From the NCBI GenBank assembly GCA_973895155.1, contig OZ316894.1, forward strand, positions 23,124,709-23,188,708: a DNA stretch of 64,000 nucleotides, given 5' to 3'. Origin of the DNA: Marsupella aquatica. Taxonomy: Eukaryota > Plantae > Marchantiophyta. The notes under the pieces were generated by a model, which did no database searches, was not told the origin of the DNA, and was given only the letters and a program-made list of their open reading frames with translations. The translations under genes and the position numbers were made by a program. Numbering within the stretch: position 1 is the first letter of the stretch; each line of letters begins with the position of its first letter. Shown one piece after another: positions 28,619-42,285 of this stretch.

Positions 28619-31236
28619 CCCTGCCACAAAAAGAACTTAGAGCATTAACATCGGGACAAACACAAGATTCAAATGAGCTCCAAAGACTGCCGCATGCCTT
28701 TTGAAAATGCCCCCTAAGAATGGGTAACGCTCACTTCAAATAGTCAGTGTTACTAGTATTCCATTTGACGTGACTATCTACACGGAAATAGTGTCGAGGA
28801 ATGTGGAAAATATTGTCGAGGAATGTGGAATCCAGATTCGGACTCGATTCGGGATGATTTTTTTAGTGTTCAACACTAGTTGCACTGAACTGTGCACATC
28901 CTTCCTGTGTTTGTGCTGCGGCTACATATCATTGCGCTCCGTCCAACTCCATTCATTTAAGATATATTTTGGTTCTTCGGATTGGGGATGGTTCCCCGTT
29001 TATATGCAAGAATTACCCTTTATTGCCAACTACTCAACCGCAGGATGTCATTCAGCAAGTTTCACATCTAAACTACTACTAATTGGGGTATACGAACTAC
29101 AAATCAGGGTATACATTATTTTTTACGTTAAGAAATGAAAATAAAATAAAATAAAAGAATAAAAGAATAATAGTCTAGCTTAGCGGTACTTCCTCAAAAG
29201 AAAGCTAATTAATGTTTGTGCAGGACACCAGGATGGCACTACTGTAATTATCGCTCTAGTTTGCATTGATAAAAATGCATAACTATTGTTACCTCAAAAC
29301 ATGTAATAAATACTCAGTGAGGGCACAGGACGGCACCAATAACTCCCCACATCTGGATCACGGCAAGGGGAAAGCTGGAGCTGAGCACACCATGCACCAG
29401 ACTCTGGTAAGCCAAGGTAAACCATGGAGGGGGTGTAGAATTGAACTAAAAGAAAGCTGACACAGAGCAGGTGGTGTGCACGATTGTTATATCCTAACTG
29501 GGTGTCGAAACATAATTAGTACATCATACTTGGTTCAAAGGTGAAGTACTCTGGGGTAGCATTCCGTGGCACATGTGAGTACTATAGGGCGGGGGCTAGA
29601 ATGTGAGTACTATGGGGCAGGGCCTAGTATAGAGAAAGACATGGCTTGGTCCAGGGACTGTACTTGCAAGTATAGTGGGGAGGATCAAGGGGAGAAAAGA
29701 TTCTTTCCCCCTCCATGTTTTGCCATGATTTGTTTTCTTCTTGCTTCTACAGTAAACTCTAGCTAAGTGCACTCTTGGGAAGAGGGACCTGGCGTGCACT
29801 AAACCAGGTGTTGCATGCCTTGATAGGCGCACATCCCATAACAAGTGTCTAATAGATAAGTGTACTTCATTTAGATTCCTTTGTTAATTGTGTATGCACT
29901 ATGGACCCCTCTGTGAGTGAGTAGTCAGCCTCGTACCTAGTATCCCTGCCCTAATTCTGTGCCCACACTCCTTAAGTGCATTCTACACTCTACTAAGAAT
30001 GGGCATGCATCTATCAGTAAATGAGATTTCAGGAGTTTATGTGTTTACATGTAAGCGCATACAAACAATTATCAAGGGTAAGCGCTACTAAAATTGTCTT
30101 TTAGCGAAATGATTTTAGCCCTGTGTGCGCTTGGAAAAACTGCTTAAAAAAATGCTTATCCCATGTTAAGAAAAAGGGAAGAACAAGATGGCATGCACTA
30201 ATTAAGGGTAAGCACTTATGGAGTGTGCGCTTATGGAGTGTGCGCTTAGTCGGAGTTCACTATATTTCTTGCCTTTTTGATTTTATTTCTAGATTTTCTC
30301 TTTCAACTTAGTTTCTTGAATTAGATAAACAGTAAAATTTGTAAGAGGACCACTCTAAAACTTGGCAGGACTTTGTATTATAGTTTTTGATATATGACCC
30401 CCATTTCTTGCTAAAACTGACAATTGACCATTGAGATATTGAATTCAACGTCGACAGTAAATAAAGAGATTTGGGCTACCTCTGGGAAACCCAACAGCCA
30501 ATTTTTTTCTCCATCCTCATTTGAGGATCTACTCTAGTGGGTGAAAAGGAGCACAATCATGCTCCAACATGTCACTAAATCTCAAAAAAGAAATGATGAG
30601 ATTGCTTCAGTGGGAAGCGACTGTAGTCGAGGACGCGGTTAACGAAAGTTACCACTCTGTCCGTGGTCGGAGTCCGTGTCCACCTGTTGCTCCACTACGG
30701 GAGAGAGCAACCGAGGCTTTCCAACAAAGGCACCGTCCTGTATGGTCCAGACGCTAGCGTGGCGTCCTCCCATTGCCTGTAGTGACACAAACCCCCCTCA
30801 TCACCCCGTGCATTTTAGCGCTCCCGTGGACCAGTGGGACTCCGTGATTGGCTCAAACCCATGGAGAGAAGCAAAAGAAACAGATGTGCAAATCCTCTCT
30901 ATACGAAGCAGAGGAAGGGTTTCAGAGAAACGCACCGCTCTCTCTCTCTGTGTGTCTTTCTTACAGAGAGAGTCGAGAACAACGGAAGACAGGGAAGAAA
31001 GGAAAGAAACCCGACTTCGGAATCGGATTAGGAGGGATTGGAACGGCAGAAAGCTTTGAATCGGAGAATTGCGAAGCGGACCGCAGTTTTAGCGAGAGAA
31101 TTGGAATTGGAATTGGAATTGATCGAAACGAAGCCGAGAAGAATTGGTCGACGGACGGTCTTGGAGTTTGTTGGGGTTTGTTGTTCCGGAAATGGGAGGA
31201 GGGAAGGGTGGAGAAGGGGGAGGGGACAGAGGAGAG

Positions 31237-34200
31237 ATGATGGTGGATGAGACGGAGACGACGACTACCGATTGGGTGGATGATGCCGACTATTCCGCTG
31301 TGCAGCAGCAGCAGCCTCATCAGCCGCAACCACAGCACCAACCGCAGGAGTGGAATGGGGCATCCGGCTCCAAGTCGACAGTTAAGGTGAGGAGCCGGTT
31401 GAATTGTTTAGTGGAGAGTGGCATTGTTGTTGGTTCTTAGATTGCGTTAGGTGTGATGGCGTGCTTGTGTATCTTTTGAGGTTTTTGCCGATGTAGGAGG
31501 GGTTCTATGTGAGCCCAGCAGAGGGGATGAGGTAGAAAGATTCTTGGCGGTGGTAAGTTTTCCTAGGACGTGCGCTAACTGTTGAGCATCGGGTAGCTTG
31601 AGAATCGTCTCGACCCAGCTCAATTGGTCCAATTCTCTTGCATGAGACGTCATTGTTGCAACAGCTGGACGTTGAAATTCGCTGTTAGGTTTTCTATTAG
31701 TCGTCGAGACGGAGATATAGTAACCCTCGTTTTGACATTTCACGGAGAAGGAAGTTTTGGCGCACTTATTGCGTGCGGTCACCAGTGTGGAGGGGGAGCT
31801 AATTCACCGCTGGGCATGCCATGGAGTCGATCGTCCGTTTGAATTTAGCACAGCGTCAATCACCGAAAAGTGAGATGTAATCACTGCAATGGGCATGCCC
31901 TTTGAGATAGAGATTTGTCGCCTCTGCAAGTTTACCAAGAATAATTCACGGTTGGGCTGTTTAATTTCTCCGAAGGAACTGTGGATTGAATAAATGGTCC
32001 ACAGCCTGGCTACTTGCGCAGGGGCCGGAAAGGATGTGGAGAGAGATCAGCCCTCAAATCTGACTTACCTGTTAAACAGATGCCAAAATGTTCCTTTGCG
32101 TCTGAGCGATTTGTTGTTATTGAAGGGAGGAAGCCGGAGTGTTGTGTCGAAGGAAACGGCTCCTGAGGCAGCAACTAGTGGTGGAATGGAGACACCATCG
32201 GAGGACTATGAAGTGGTTTATGTAAAGGATAATGTCTCAGTACACCCTACGCAGCATGCTAATGGGAGAATCAGTGGCCGCTTGCGCCTTATCAAACAGG
32301 GGCCGTCACTATTCATGGTACACATCTTATTCGTTCCCTGATACACCAGTAGTTGTTGTCGTTCTGCGTATCCTAACCTATTGGAATCTTCTCAAGTCCC
32401 AGCCGGCTCCGAATGAGATATGTGTTGAAATGTAAGATGCGAGGAAAGATCTCATTTAGCAGTCTTGTGCTTAAACCAATTATGGTTTTGTGCAGTTCTA
32501 GTTGGCATATGTCTCGTAGCTAAGAGTTACCCTGAGATAATTGGCTGGAAAGATGTTACTGTTAAAAGTACTTTAGGATTGACTTCGTGTGCCAATGGTT
32601 ACATTTCGACAAGGCAGGCAGGATCACGTTTAGTGTAACCTGTCTAATTTGGTTGGCTTTCTGAAAGAGACAAGACTCCCGCAATGAGTTTGGAAAAGCC
32701 GCCGCAATTTTTAATAGTATCAAATTTCCTATCAGGTTCACGAATGTATTTGATGACAGTACGTCGTCTGCTCTCCCAATCTGGTCGTCTAACTCGTAAT
32801 CTTTTGTGTTTTTCTAGCAGACCTGGATACCATACGCTCAGGGAGGAGCCTCCAAAGACGGTTCTAGCTTAGTGGAGAATGGTGGGGCCAAGAACAAAAA
32901 TATTATGACCAAAGCTGCCGACAGAGGTACTGGCACTTTTTCGCAGTGCGTGGACACTTCTTGCTGTGCTACAAGAAGTGTGTGAGGTTTCTGCAAATTG
33001 GAGTTTGCTGAGAGGTTTGATGTGAACGTTGAGTTATTCCTCTCAAAGATTGCAATGGATTCTTTCTCTACATGGATTTCTTTGCGTTTGTTTCTTAGCA
33101 ATTAAATTTCACGTCTCTTGCCCGCACAGATCGAAATTTGTACACCATCCGTGCGATATCATTGGCAGAAATGCGGTCAATTCGGCGTCATACTCCGCCA
33201 CTTGGGTGGCAATACATCATCATTGTATTGCAATCAGGTCTGTACCTGGTCGTTCTGGCAGATTCTCCCGAGACGTGAGTTCAATATTGTTTCCAATGTT
33301 ATACGTCTCACAAGAAACTCTTGGATTGGTCTTAATGGAATTGATGCCATGGTGTGCAGGCCTTGCCTTCCCCCCTCTCTATTTTCACAATGGTGGAGTA
33401 CGAGAGTTTTTGAATACCCTAAACCTTCATGCTAGTCTTGTAAGGTAAGTGCTATCCAGACTTTTGAAGTGGACCTGAAGAGAGAAATATTCTTACCCTA
33501 GAGTGCTCCATTTATCTACAGTCATCAGCGTACAATAGACCTTACATTGGGATACGCTTTATTGTCCGCCGATATCTTTTGTTCACTGTTGTTATCTGGT
33601 TGGTGTGTACCTCACTGTTTGTATGTATTGCTTACGTGAAATTCGAAGGCGTTTTTTACCCAGTTGTTGTTCATTGACTACCATAGTCTTTGGTTCCACT
33701 CGTATAGTAAATAATGTTTGTTATACTAGTCTATGACAAAGTTTCATCACAATGCCTGCATCGGTATTTTGGAGCCTTGGAGTTGTGATTCGGTTTCAAT
33801 TGGTGCAGATGATTAATGCGGTCTTTTACCTTCTTGTGCATGTAGGTCTACAGACGATGCAAACGTTTACCTTGTAAATGACATCCAAGACCCACTTCAG
33901 GTACATCTTATATAGCCTCGTAGGCAAACAGAGTTGGTAGTGGACAGTTTTAGTCAAGCAGTTGGGGACATATTCGAATGTTGGCCTGGTGATTTGTGGT
34001 TATTTTGCAGGCTGTGCAATTACAAGTATTATGGTCCGCCATGACATTAAATTGGATTGTTGCTTTAAGCCTTTGGCATGGTATTGGTTCATGTGTTGGC
34101 ATGTTGGTTTGAAATTGCAGAGGAGCCTCACATCTCTAGATTTGACAGTCTCACCAGCACCAAGCCCAGGATCCTCCAGCCAAAACGAGTCAAAGGCGAC

Positions 34201-37200
34201 CATGCAACAATCTGAAGAGGCATCTCGAGATCTTTCTGTGACTGAGAGAACAAGCTCAGACAGTTCTATTTTAATGCATTCGAGTCGCAGACAAAAGGAC
34301 CCAGCTCGGGACATCTCACTGCAAGTTTTGGAGAAGTTTTCGTTAGTGACGAAATTTGCACGAGATACCACCGCACAGTTGTTTGGTGGTGAGAGCCGAA
34401 TGTTGAGCTTTGATAACGTCGAGTTGGATCATGGGCCAGCTCCTAGGCGCTTACAGGACTTAGCAATAGTCTCAACTCTGGTAACTCCTGAAAATGCGAT
34501 ACAGGACTCATCACCTCCTAAGACCAGTAATGAGGTAAGTTGCATGGCCCGCCCTGGTTACTTGGATCTCGAAGGATTGATGTGTGAAAAAACTGAATAC
34601 ATGTGCTCTGTATACTACCTTGTGGTTATAACGATGGCCGTTGCGAATGAGTTTATTAGATTCTATGAAGTTAAGTACTCTAGTTTAGTTTTTGTGCTAG
34701 TCGCAAAATGTATATCCATTTGCTTTATTGTTCTGTATTGCTTTTCATTCCAGCAGCTGAAGGGAGATGAAGAAAAGAAAGAAAATGAACACGCATCCAG
34801 TAATGTGGGGACTTTTGAGCTCGTGGATGGTAGTCAGGTACTTAGTTCAACCAGGTTATTGTTCTGCTTATCAGGAGTAGATTTCAGTATTTGCGACTTG
34901 TTTAATGGTCAGCAAGTTGTCCTCAGAGCTCTTTTGCCTTCTACAATGAGGCCCATTACTGATGCTAAAATATACTTTTTAAAAATCAGAATGAGTCTCC
35001 ACCTCTGGTATGGGGAAGAGCAAGACCTCCACCGTTGGGTAGCGAAGAGGTGAGACACTGTTCTTCTTTTTGATCATGAAAATGTCCAATGACTCATTCA
35101 GGTTTCCTTGTCCACGTGTGCTGTTCACTACTCCTGAATTCTCTTTTTTCAAAGAAAGGTTAGGATGTTTAGCTTCTTACTGTGATTTGTTTCATTTTTA
35201 ACTGAGCGTAAATCTGCTTGCAGTGGACGAGCTTCATGGACAGTGAAGGTCGGGTGGTTGATCCCAAAGCTCTCAAGAAAAGGATTTTCCGTGGAGGACT
35301 TGAGCCCGGCTTGCGGCCCCAGGTTGCGATCACTTCTCGTTAATTTCTCTTGGGTATACGGGGTGAAAAGAACTGTTGCTTTCTGTTCTGGTGATGATAA
35401 CCTGTGCTGTGTGAAACAAATTGCATGTAAATTGTTTCCCAAATGTTAATTGAATTAGACGGTTTAAAATTGGGAGGGCTGCTAATGATAGACCATTTGT
35501 TTTGGCCAGGTCTGGAAATTTTTACTTGGCTATTTCCGCTTTGACTCGACATATGCTGAGCGGGAGGTTTTGATGATGCAAAAGAGAGAGGAGTACGCAA
35601 TTTTAAAAGCGCAATGGCAGGTATCTTTTGTGTTTGTTTCGTTTCATTATTCAGCTGGGGATATGCACAACTATTAAGCTGTCATTTGCTGGTATCGAAG
35701 TTTCTATCTAACTTTTACCATGTATTGCCAGACTGTGTCAGAGGAGCAAGCAAAGCGATTTGCTAAATATCGAGAAAGGAAACATCGCGTTGAAAAAGAT
35801 GTGGTAGGTTTTGCCATCACAATGTGACTGGATTAAGAGTTTTTTCACCGCCGGTACATGACGATATGGAAATGATCTGCTTGAAAAATTGTGAGCATAA
35901 TCTTTCGAGCTGGGCCTAATTGGGTCAAATTACGGTCATGCAGGTGCGGACAGACAGAGCGTTACCATTCTATGAAGGGGATGACAATATGAACGTTACT
36001 CTTCTAAGGGATATACTTGTTACATATTCTTTCTACAACTTCGATTTAGGGTACTGCCAGGTGAATATCCGATGGAAATTTCATACGCTACTTATGAATT
36101 TCAAATAGTAAGAAGCTAGCTTCTGTTTCGAGGAACAGCCACCTGTCGCTCTTGTCGACAAATTTTCTTGTATAATGTAACGTTGTGATGTCAAGTAGAT
36201 TTGCACCAATCATATTATCCATACCCCTCTGAACAATATCTGCGTGATTTATGAGATGGCTTTGTGGGCTGTGCTGTTTGACAGGGTATGAGCGATCTCC
36301 TGTCTCCAATTCTCTATGTTATTAAGGATGAATCAGAAGCATTCTGGTGTTTTGCTGCGTTGATGGAGCGTATGGCTCCCAATTTCCATCGTGATCAAAA
36401 TGGAATGCACTCACAACTTTTGGCCCTATCTAAGGTACATATCCTGATATCCACGGTAGTTAGAGGGCACGACTTTTTTGTGTTTTTCGTAGTTGGTGGT
36501 GTAGGGGGGATGCCTGTTTGTAACTCAATGATTTCCTTTGAATCATTCACGTTACTCTAGCCATAAAATTGATTCGGTGCGCATCAAGGTCGCTATTCGA
36601 TGTTGTCATGGCAAGCTTTATCAAGTTTCGAGAATTCAGGTTGTCTGACAAGAAGAATCGGTCGTAGCGGGTATCTCTTAAGGAAGTTGACTAGATGTCG
36701 TCCTTGGAGTCTGTCGTGGTTTACTGTATTTCGAGCAGCCTGTGGTACTTCTGCTCATTGCTTATTGAGAAAATCATAGCTTGGTCTTTTCCGTTTCTAT
36801 GTCTGCACTCTGTTGATTTACATCTGGATCTCTTGATGTTTACAGTTGGTGCAATTGCTCGATGGCCCTCTACATGATTATTTCAAGCAAGCCGATTGTT
36901 TAAATTATTTCTTCTGTTTCCGCTGGATTCTCATTCAGTTCAAGAGGTGAGTGACCATAGCTAGGTTTTGATTCTTAAACATTTATATTCTGGCTACAGA
37001 AGTATTCATAATGCTGCAGGTCAGCCTACCTTCTCCCACGATAGTCAATGGAGCCCTTTTCTCGATAGTGAAAATTTTGCGGCCGGAGCTTCTAAAGAGA
37101 GGAATAAGCCTGCGTGAAAGTTGTTTCCTCGTTACGTCTGCACATATCCTATCGTGGGTTTGACGAAACTGTAGAATGTACTTTTCTTGGGGTTAACAAA

Positions 37201-37635
37201 GTGGTTATTGCTAAATGAATTGATTACTTGTTTGCGTCTTCTGGAAGAAAATGAGAGTGGTTAATTTATTGAAGAATGTTTGGAAGTACCTGAGGATTAG
37301 GAGTTGTGCTCACAGTTGATTGTGATTGGAGCAGGGAATTCGATTATGACAACGTGTTAAGACTCTGGGAGGTACTCTGGAGTCATTATTTGTCAGAGCA
37401 CTTTCATCTGTATATGTGTGTAGCACTGCTCAAGCGACATCGGCGGAAAATAATGGATGAACAGATGGAATTCGATACCTTGTTAAAGTTCATCAATGAG
37501 TTGAGTGGGCACATACCATTGGAATCAACACTACGAGATGCGGAAGCTTTGTGTTTGTTTGCAGGTGACAGAGGTGTGGCTTGTATACCTCCAGGAACGC
37601 CGCCTTCTTTGGCAACAATATATCAAAGCCAATAG
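31237..37635 (+). CDS. TBC-domain Rab GTPase-activating protein, TBC1D15/17 / GYP7-like; 16 coding exons
   Basis: Exons 31237-31386, 32126-32317, 32821-32926, 33130-33237, 33360-33444, 33846-33900, 34121-34534, 34754(or 34757)-34837, 34990-35049, 35224-35322, 35510-35620, 35732-35803, 35944-36060, 36285-36434, 36846-36946 and 37335-37635. Motifs: VYVKDNVSVHPT, FPPLYFHNGGVREF, VLEKFSLVTKFAR, VWKFLLGY, VEKDVVRTDR (Arg finger), GYCQGMSDLLSP (Gln finger), FFCFRWILIQFKREF. Exon 1 and the start codon are less certain than the rest. Confidence 0.93.
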
Positions 37636-38203
37636 ACATGTGAATATCTTGCTCATTTATCAGCGCCGGTATGGACGAAAGGACCATGATCAACAAATGT
37701 TCAATAATAGAATTCATCTGTAGCTGCAGTTGTTAGTGTACATAGTGTCATTAAGTTGTATCATGAGTGGAAGCACAATTCCGTTTAGAGGTTTGAGTCG
37801 TCGGTTTTTGGGGGGCACTTGTTAGCTTGGAAATCCCAAGTGGACTATGTGAGAAATTGTATACCCATGGCATGGTATCAAATGCACTCAGATTTAAAAA
37901 TAATCATATACTTCGTCGTTAGAAAATGCCCTGATTTGTTGGCCCTACACAAGGGCCGCAGGGAACCTTCCTCAATGCAGATGTAATTGATTGTAATCTA
38001 CCATAGTTTCCTGCAATTCGTTTCCTTTGGCCAACCCAGTTTGAGCCTCAAGGGATATGGGAGAAATTGGACCCAAACTGGACAGAGAATGGCTTCGTTT
38101 ACAGTGATTGGAGAAAGGTTGTTTTGTGCTGTGTGGCTTCGTTGAAATTCAATTGTGGAATGGAATATTATCCAACGAATCTGGTACTTGGCGCTAGAAG
38201 CTG

Positions 38204-38486
38204 ATCGTCATCTTCTGGCCTATACATTGGCTTGTAGCTTTGTAGGCTAGGAATGAAGTTGCTTCTTGTGCTTGGATCACTTCAAATGCTTTACTGGTGG
38301 AGAGTATTCTGAAATTTCGAGCGTGTTCTCTTCTAGCCCACCCGCCTCAGATAGAAATCTTGATTGCGTATTCCTCCGTCACTGAAAGCTCTTTAATTTG
38401 CCTCTATCCTGTTAAAACAGAGCCTTGTTATGCTGAAACAATAATCATCGTCATCTTCTGGCCTCTACATTGGCTTGTAGCTTTGC
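38204..38486. repeat. Pair of ~40-bp direct repeats
   Basis: atcgtcatcttctggcct(a/c)tacattggcttgtagctttg at ~38204 and ~38448. Confidence 0.8.
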
Positions 38487-40629
38487 CTTGCGCTCCGAAA
38501 ATGGCGCCAATATCGATTCTGAAGGCAGAGAGCTAAGCAATGTAAAGGAAGTAATAGATTGATAAGTAGTTGTAACTTCAGATGGTTTGGCAAACCCTCC
38601 GGCTACAGACACAACATTTTTACCTCGCAAGGAGGTTGCTATGCGCTGAATGGTTATGAATGTGAATCTAAACATAATTTCAGTTTATATTGAAATTCAC
38701 ATCTGCCTTGTCAATCCACGAGGAGATTCTTATTATATTCGTTGTCCCAAAACGACTTCTATGCGATGATAATAGATGAATCATTCTGTGTGATACAGCC
38801 AGGATTATGTGCTGCGATACGCTAGAAGATCAGTCTTTTGCAGCATTGAGGATTATTCATTGATCATCAACCCACGTGAGCTCGTTGAAACACCACGTGC
38901 AGCATAGTCACAAACTGTATCAAGATGCCCTACTGGCTCCTGTTCATCCAACTGAAAACCCCCTACAGAATGGAATTCGAAGGTATGACTGTTTCCTACT
39001 GTAGTTCTACAATACACTATGTCGAGTGCAAGTATGGGAGTGATAGGGCCACACTCATGGGATGCACGAGGATGACCACGTGGGCTAGTAATCATGATTA
39101 CTCAATCGCCATTTCTTATCAATAGTGATGAGGATTTAATCCGCTCATCTAATTTCACATACTTAGTCATTTGGGCCAATCGTGGTTTATGAATGAATTG
39201 ACATCTGACCATGGCTGAACCATGTTATGTGATTACATTGACCGTCAAGGCCAACGAAAAGAAGCTTCACATGCATAGTAAACCAGTGAACGATGGGATG
39301 CCTTAGACAAACGACAGATTATATGCAATTAACGACATTCAAGGTTTTAAATAGAAAGTTGAGTTTCTCTCATTTTACCTCGAAAGATTATTTTCATTCA
39401 GAATAAAAACAGAGAAAGCCGAAGCAGCAGGCTCCCCACACAATCATGGATTACAGAGAAGCAAACACATCAAGCACCAGAATCTAGGACAATTCCCTCA
39501 CTCTCTCTCGCCCTGGCTCTCTCCTCGAAGCTCTTGGTATACATAGTCAATATATTGTTGATTACAGTGGTAAAGATCGAGTCATCGACCATGGGTTTAA
39601 CCTGTGGTCCGGCTCTGAAGATGCGTTTCGTCCTGTACAACTATATGGGCCACGAGGAGATTCTCAAGAATGTAAGAGGACCGGATGCTATTGTTCGGTG
39701 GACCACCACTCCAGTAGAGTAGCAGACAGGTCTACAGGACCATTAATTCGAAAAGTGCATCGTTTCTGTCAACAGACCAGCCAGCGGCCATCGGTGACGA
39801 CGCTGGACCAAGACTGACACGATTCCTCCACCCTCCATCCAGCCGTCTCCGTATCATTTTCGTTCGTAAAGCTATCAATTAACAGATTCCAATTCAGGTA
39901 CTGTTAAGTTTGGAATCGTCACGGGGCCCTCCACTCCAAACCCCTAGCGTGAGAATCTTGGCGTGCCTTTGTGGTTCCTGTCCAAGAGATTCATTACAGT
40001 GATGCTAGCTCCCTCACAAAGTTACAATGCATATTATTGGAATCCGGTCAGAACGCAACTGTGCTGTGCTCATACATCAGCTCAGCTTAATTGGCGGGCA
40101 GACGGCCGCCACTGATAGTTTGATACTCGCTCTCTCGCATACGAAAGAGCCAGAGTGAATCACTGGAAAGACCAAACGGAAGGTCGCAACTCGTGGACTC
40201 GAGGGCTGTTGGGGCAGAAATCTCAGAAACTCAGAACTGAGACACAGGGATCGGAAAGGTCCAGGCTCATCAGGCCGGCATGATTTTCCACGAGACTCAG
40301 CATTCGATCCACCGAGTGACTGCTGATGACGTCGAGTTGTGCTCTCTTCTCGGTCTGTGTTGCTGCTGACGCTGCGTTTGTTTCTCCAATTTATCGATTG
40401 GTGTCTATGTTCGACAGCGTTCTGCATTTTATCTACTAGCCTGAGGACATTCAAGGTTGCCATTCAAGGTTGTGCACAGACTCACCCTGCCACCAATCCC
40501 CACCTCGTAAACCTCTCATGAATTATTTTGTTTATATGTCTATACATGGATATCAGGCATTACAGCATCTCCCCATTAGAGCATTTACATTCAATATAGC
40601 TTAAGAGGTTGTCGTTTTAGGAGGCATTA

Positions 40630-40967
40630 GAGCATCTCCCCATTAGAGCATATCTTCATTAAATATAGCTTAAAAGTTTGCCTTTTTTTAGGTTCCCCAA
40701 TGGTTACTGGGTTTTTTAGTATCTGGTGACATATGCACCCTTGGATGCTAATTAGTGGATGTTGGAGAACACAGGAATGAATCCTATATTCATTCAGTCA
40801 ACGCGCTATAGAGCAGCTCATACAGATCCAGTAACCAAAAAACCCACTAAGGTCACAAATGAATCAAGTTAGAGTAACCCATTGGGGTTGTCATTTTTGT
40901 TGAACCTTACTGGGTTTGGTAAACATAGGGTTACAGGATACCAACCCATTAACCGGTGGAGATGCTC
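40630..40967. mobile_element. Tourist-like (PIF/Harbinger) MITE, 338 bp
   Basis: TIRs GAGCATCTCC (40630) and GGAGATGCTC (ending 40967), flanked by a TTA target-site duplication (40627-40629 and 40968-40970); AT-rich, non-coding interior. A duplicate of its left end lies just upstream (~40561-40610). Confidence 0.85.
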
Positions 40968-42034
40968 TTAGCCCAGGAACCTGTGCCAAGGGGATTTGGA
41001 AATTTGAATGATAAATACACTAAAGGTGCAAAGACACTGAGATGAGATTTTTGCAATGTAAAAATGAAACAAATATTCCCAAAATCCACTCTGACTTTAC
41101 TCTCCTTAACGCATCCCCACTTGGGGCTAATGGGTTATAACCCCCTTGGCTCAGGGACCTCTAGGAATACATCCCATTATCCCCTCTTGGGGATGGGCTA
41201 CCCTACACGCTGCACTTACACCCCCCAGTTGGCCTACTTACTTGAAGCCTCTAGACCCTAATCTGGGGGTCCAAGGAATGGAGGCACATTATAAACGAGC
41301 ATGAATATTAAGGAACCTTTTTCTTGCAAGGTTTTCTTGTACTTATCTATATTTTCCTCCAAAAGACAGGGGAGTCAGTCCACACACGAAATTAAAGTTG
41401 TGCAAGACTATGGTCTAGATTGAAACTTTATTTTAGTGCGTGGACAACACCCGCCCACAGGTCTGAACTCAACATCATAAAATTTTCAAATTTGGCTGAA
41501 GGGTGCTGACAATTGGAGAGCTGTCACATTGATGCTGATCAATTTTAGGCGGAGACGCCAGTGCACTGCCCGCCCAAATTAGTCACAGTAGCCCTTTGTG
41601 GGAACCTCACATTTTTTACTCACCACCCTTTCCTCAGCATCCCAGTCCCATAAATCCTCCATTGAACAGAAGGTTTGAGACTCCCTTAATATGGACGTCA
41701 AGTTTGCAATAATAGGGCGTCTCAAAGCTTGGAAATTACAGATGATGGCATTAGGTCATAAAGGATAGGTCATATTTTGTTCACAAGACTCTGTAAAAGT
41801 TTTAAAAGTTTTTTCTTTCACAAGCCTCTACAGGGACTAAGGGTTATGACATAAGACCAATCTTTACGCAAAAAGGTACGGACTATGAATTCTGTAGTCC
41901 TGTAGTCCATATCTTTTTGTGTCCATAAACAATAACTAGGGAATTAATGTACATCAAATTGCCAGTTTTGATACTCCCTAATAGGGCCTCTCAAAGCTGG
42001 GTCATTAATGAAAGTTAAAGATTTGTGGTATATC

Positions 42035-42285
42035 CCATAACTCCTGCCTTATGGGACCCAGTTGTGGGATGATAAAAATGAGGGGAGGTAGCATTGACCT
42101 GCCCCATAAGGCAGGAGTTACGGATTCACCTGTCTCATACCCTATATTCTTTTTTCCTCCATTCCGGATCAGCCACCACCTCAAATGAAATAGCCATCAT
42201 CAATAAAATGCAAAGCCCATGTGCCTTCAGTTGTGGTTTTCTGGAGTTCCAAAGTCTTGAATTTCCTGATTTCCAAATTTACACC
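42035..42285 (-). mobile_element. Second copy of the 7990-8180 dispersed repeat, with a 21-bp hairpin
   Basis: Reverse-complement similarity to 7990-8180; ccataactcctgccttatggg (~42035) pairs with cccataaggcaggagttacgg (~42102). Confidence 0.55.

Noticed and set aside
33962-35053. 363-aa ORF as an independent gene with hydrophobic segments
   Set aside because: It is read-through of TBC exons 7-8 and flanking T-rich introns; canonical splice sites explain it.
39591-39722. Small ORF MGLTCGPALKMRFVLYNY... as a peptide gene
   Set aside because: No recognisable motif, and the only candidate upstream intron is implausibly short.
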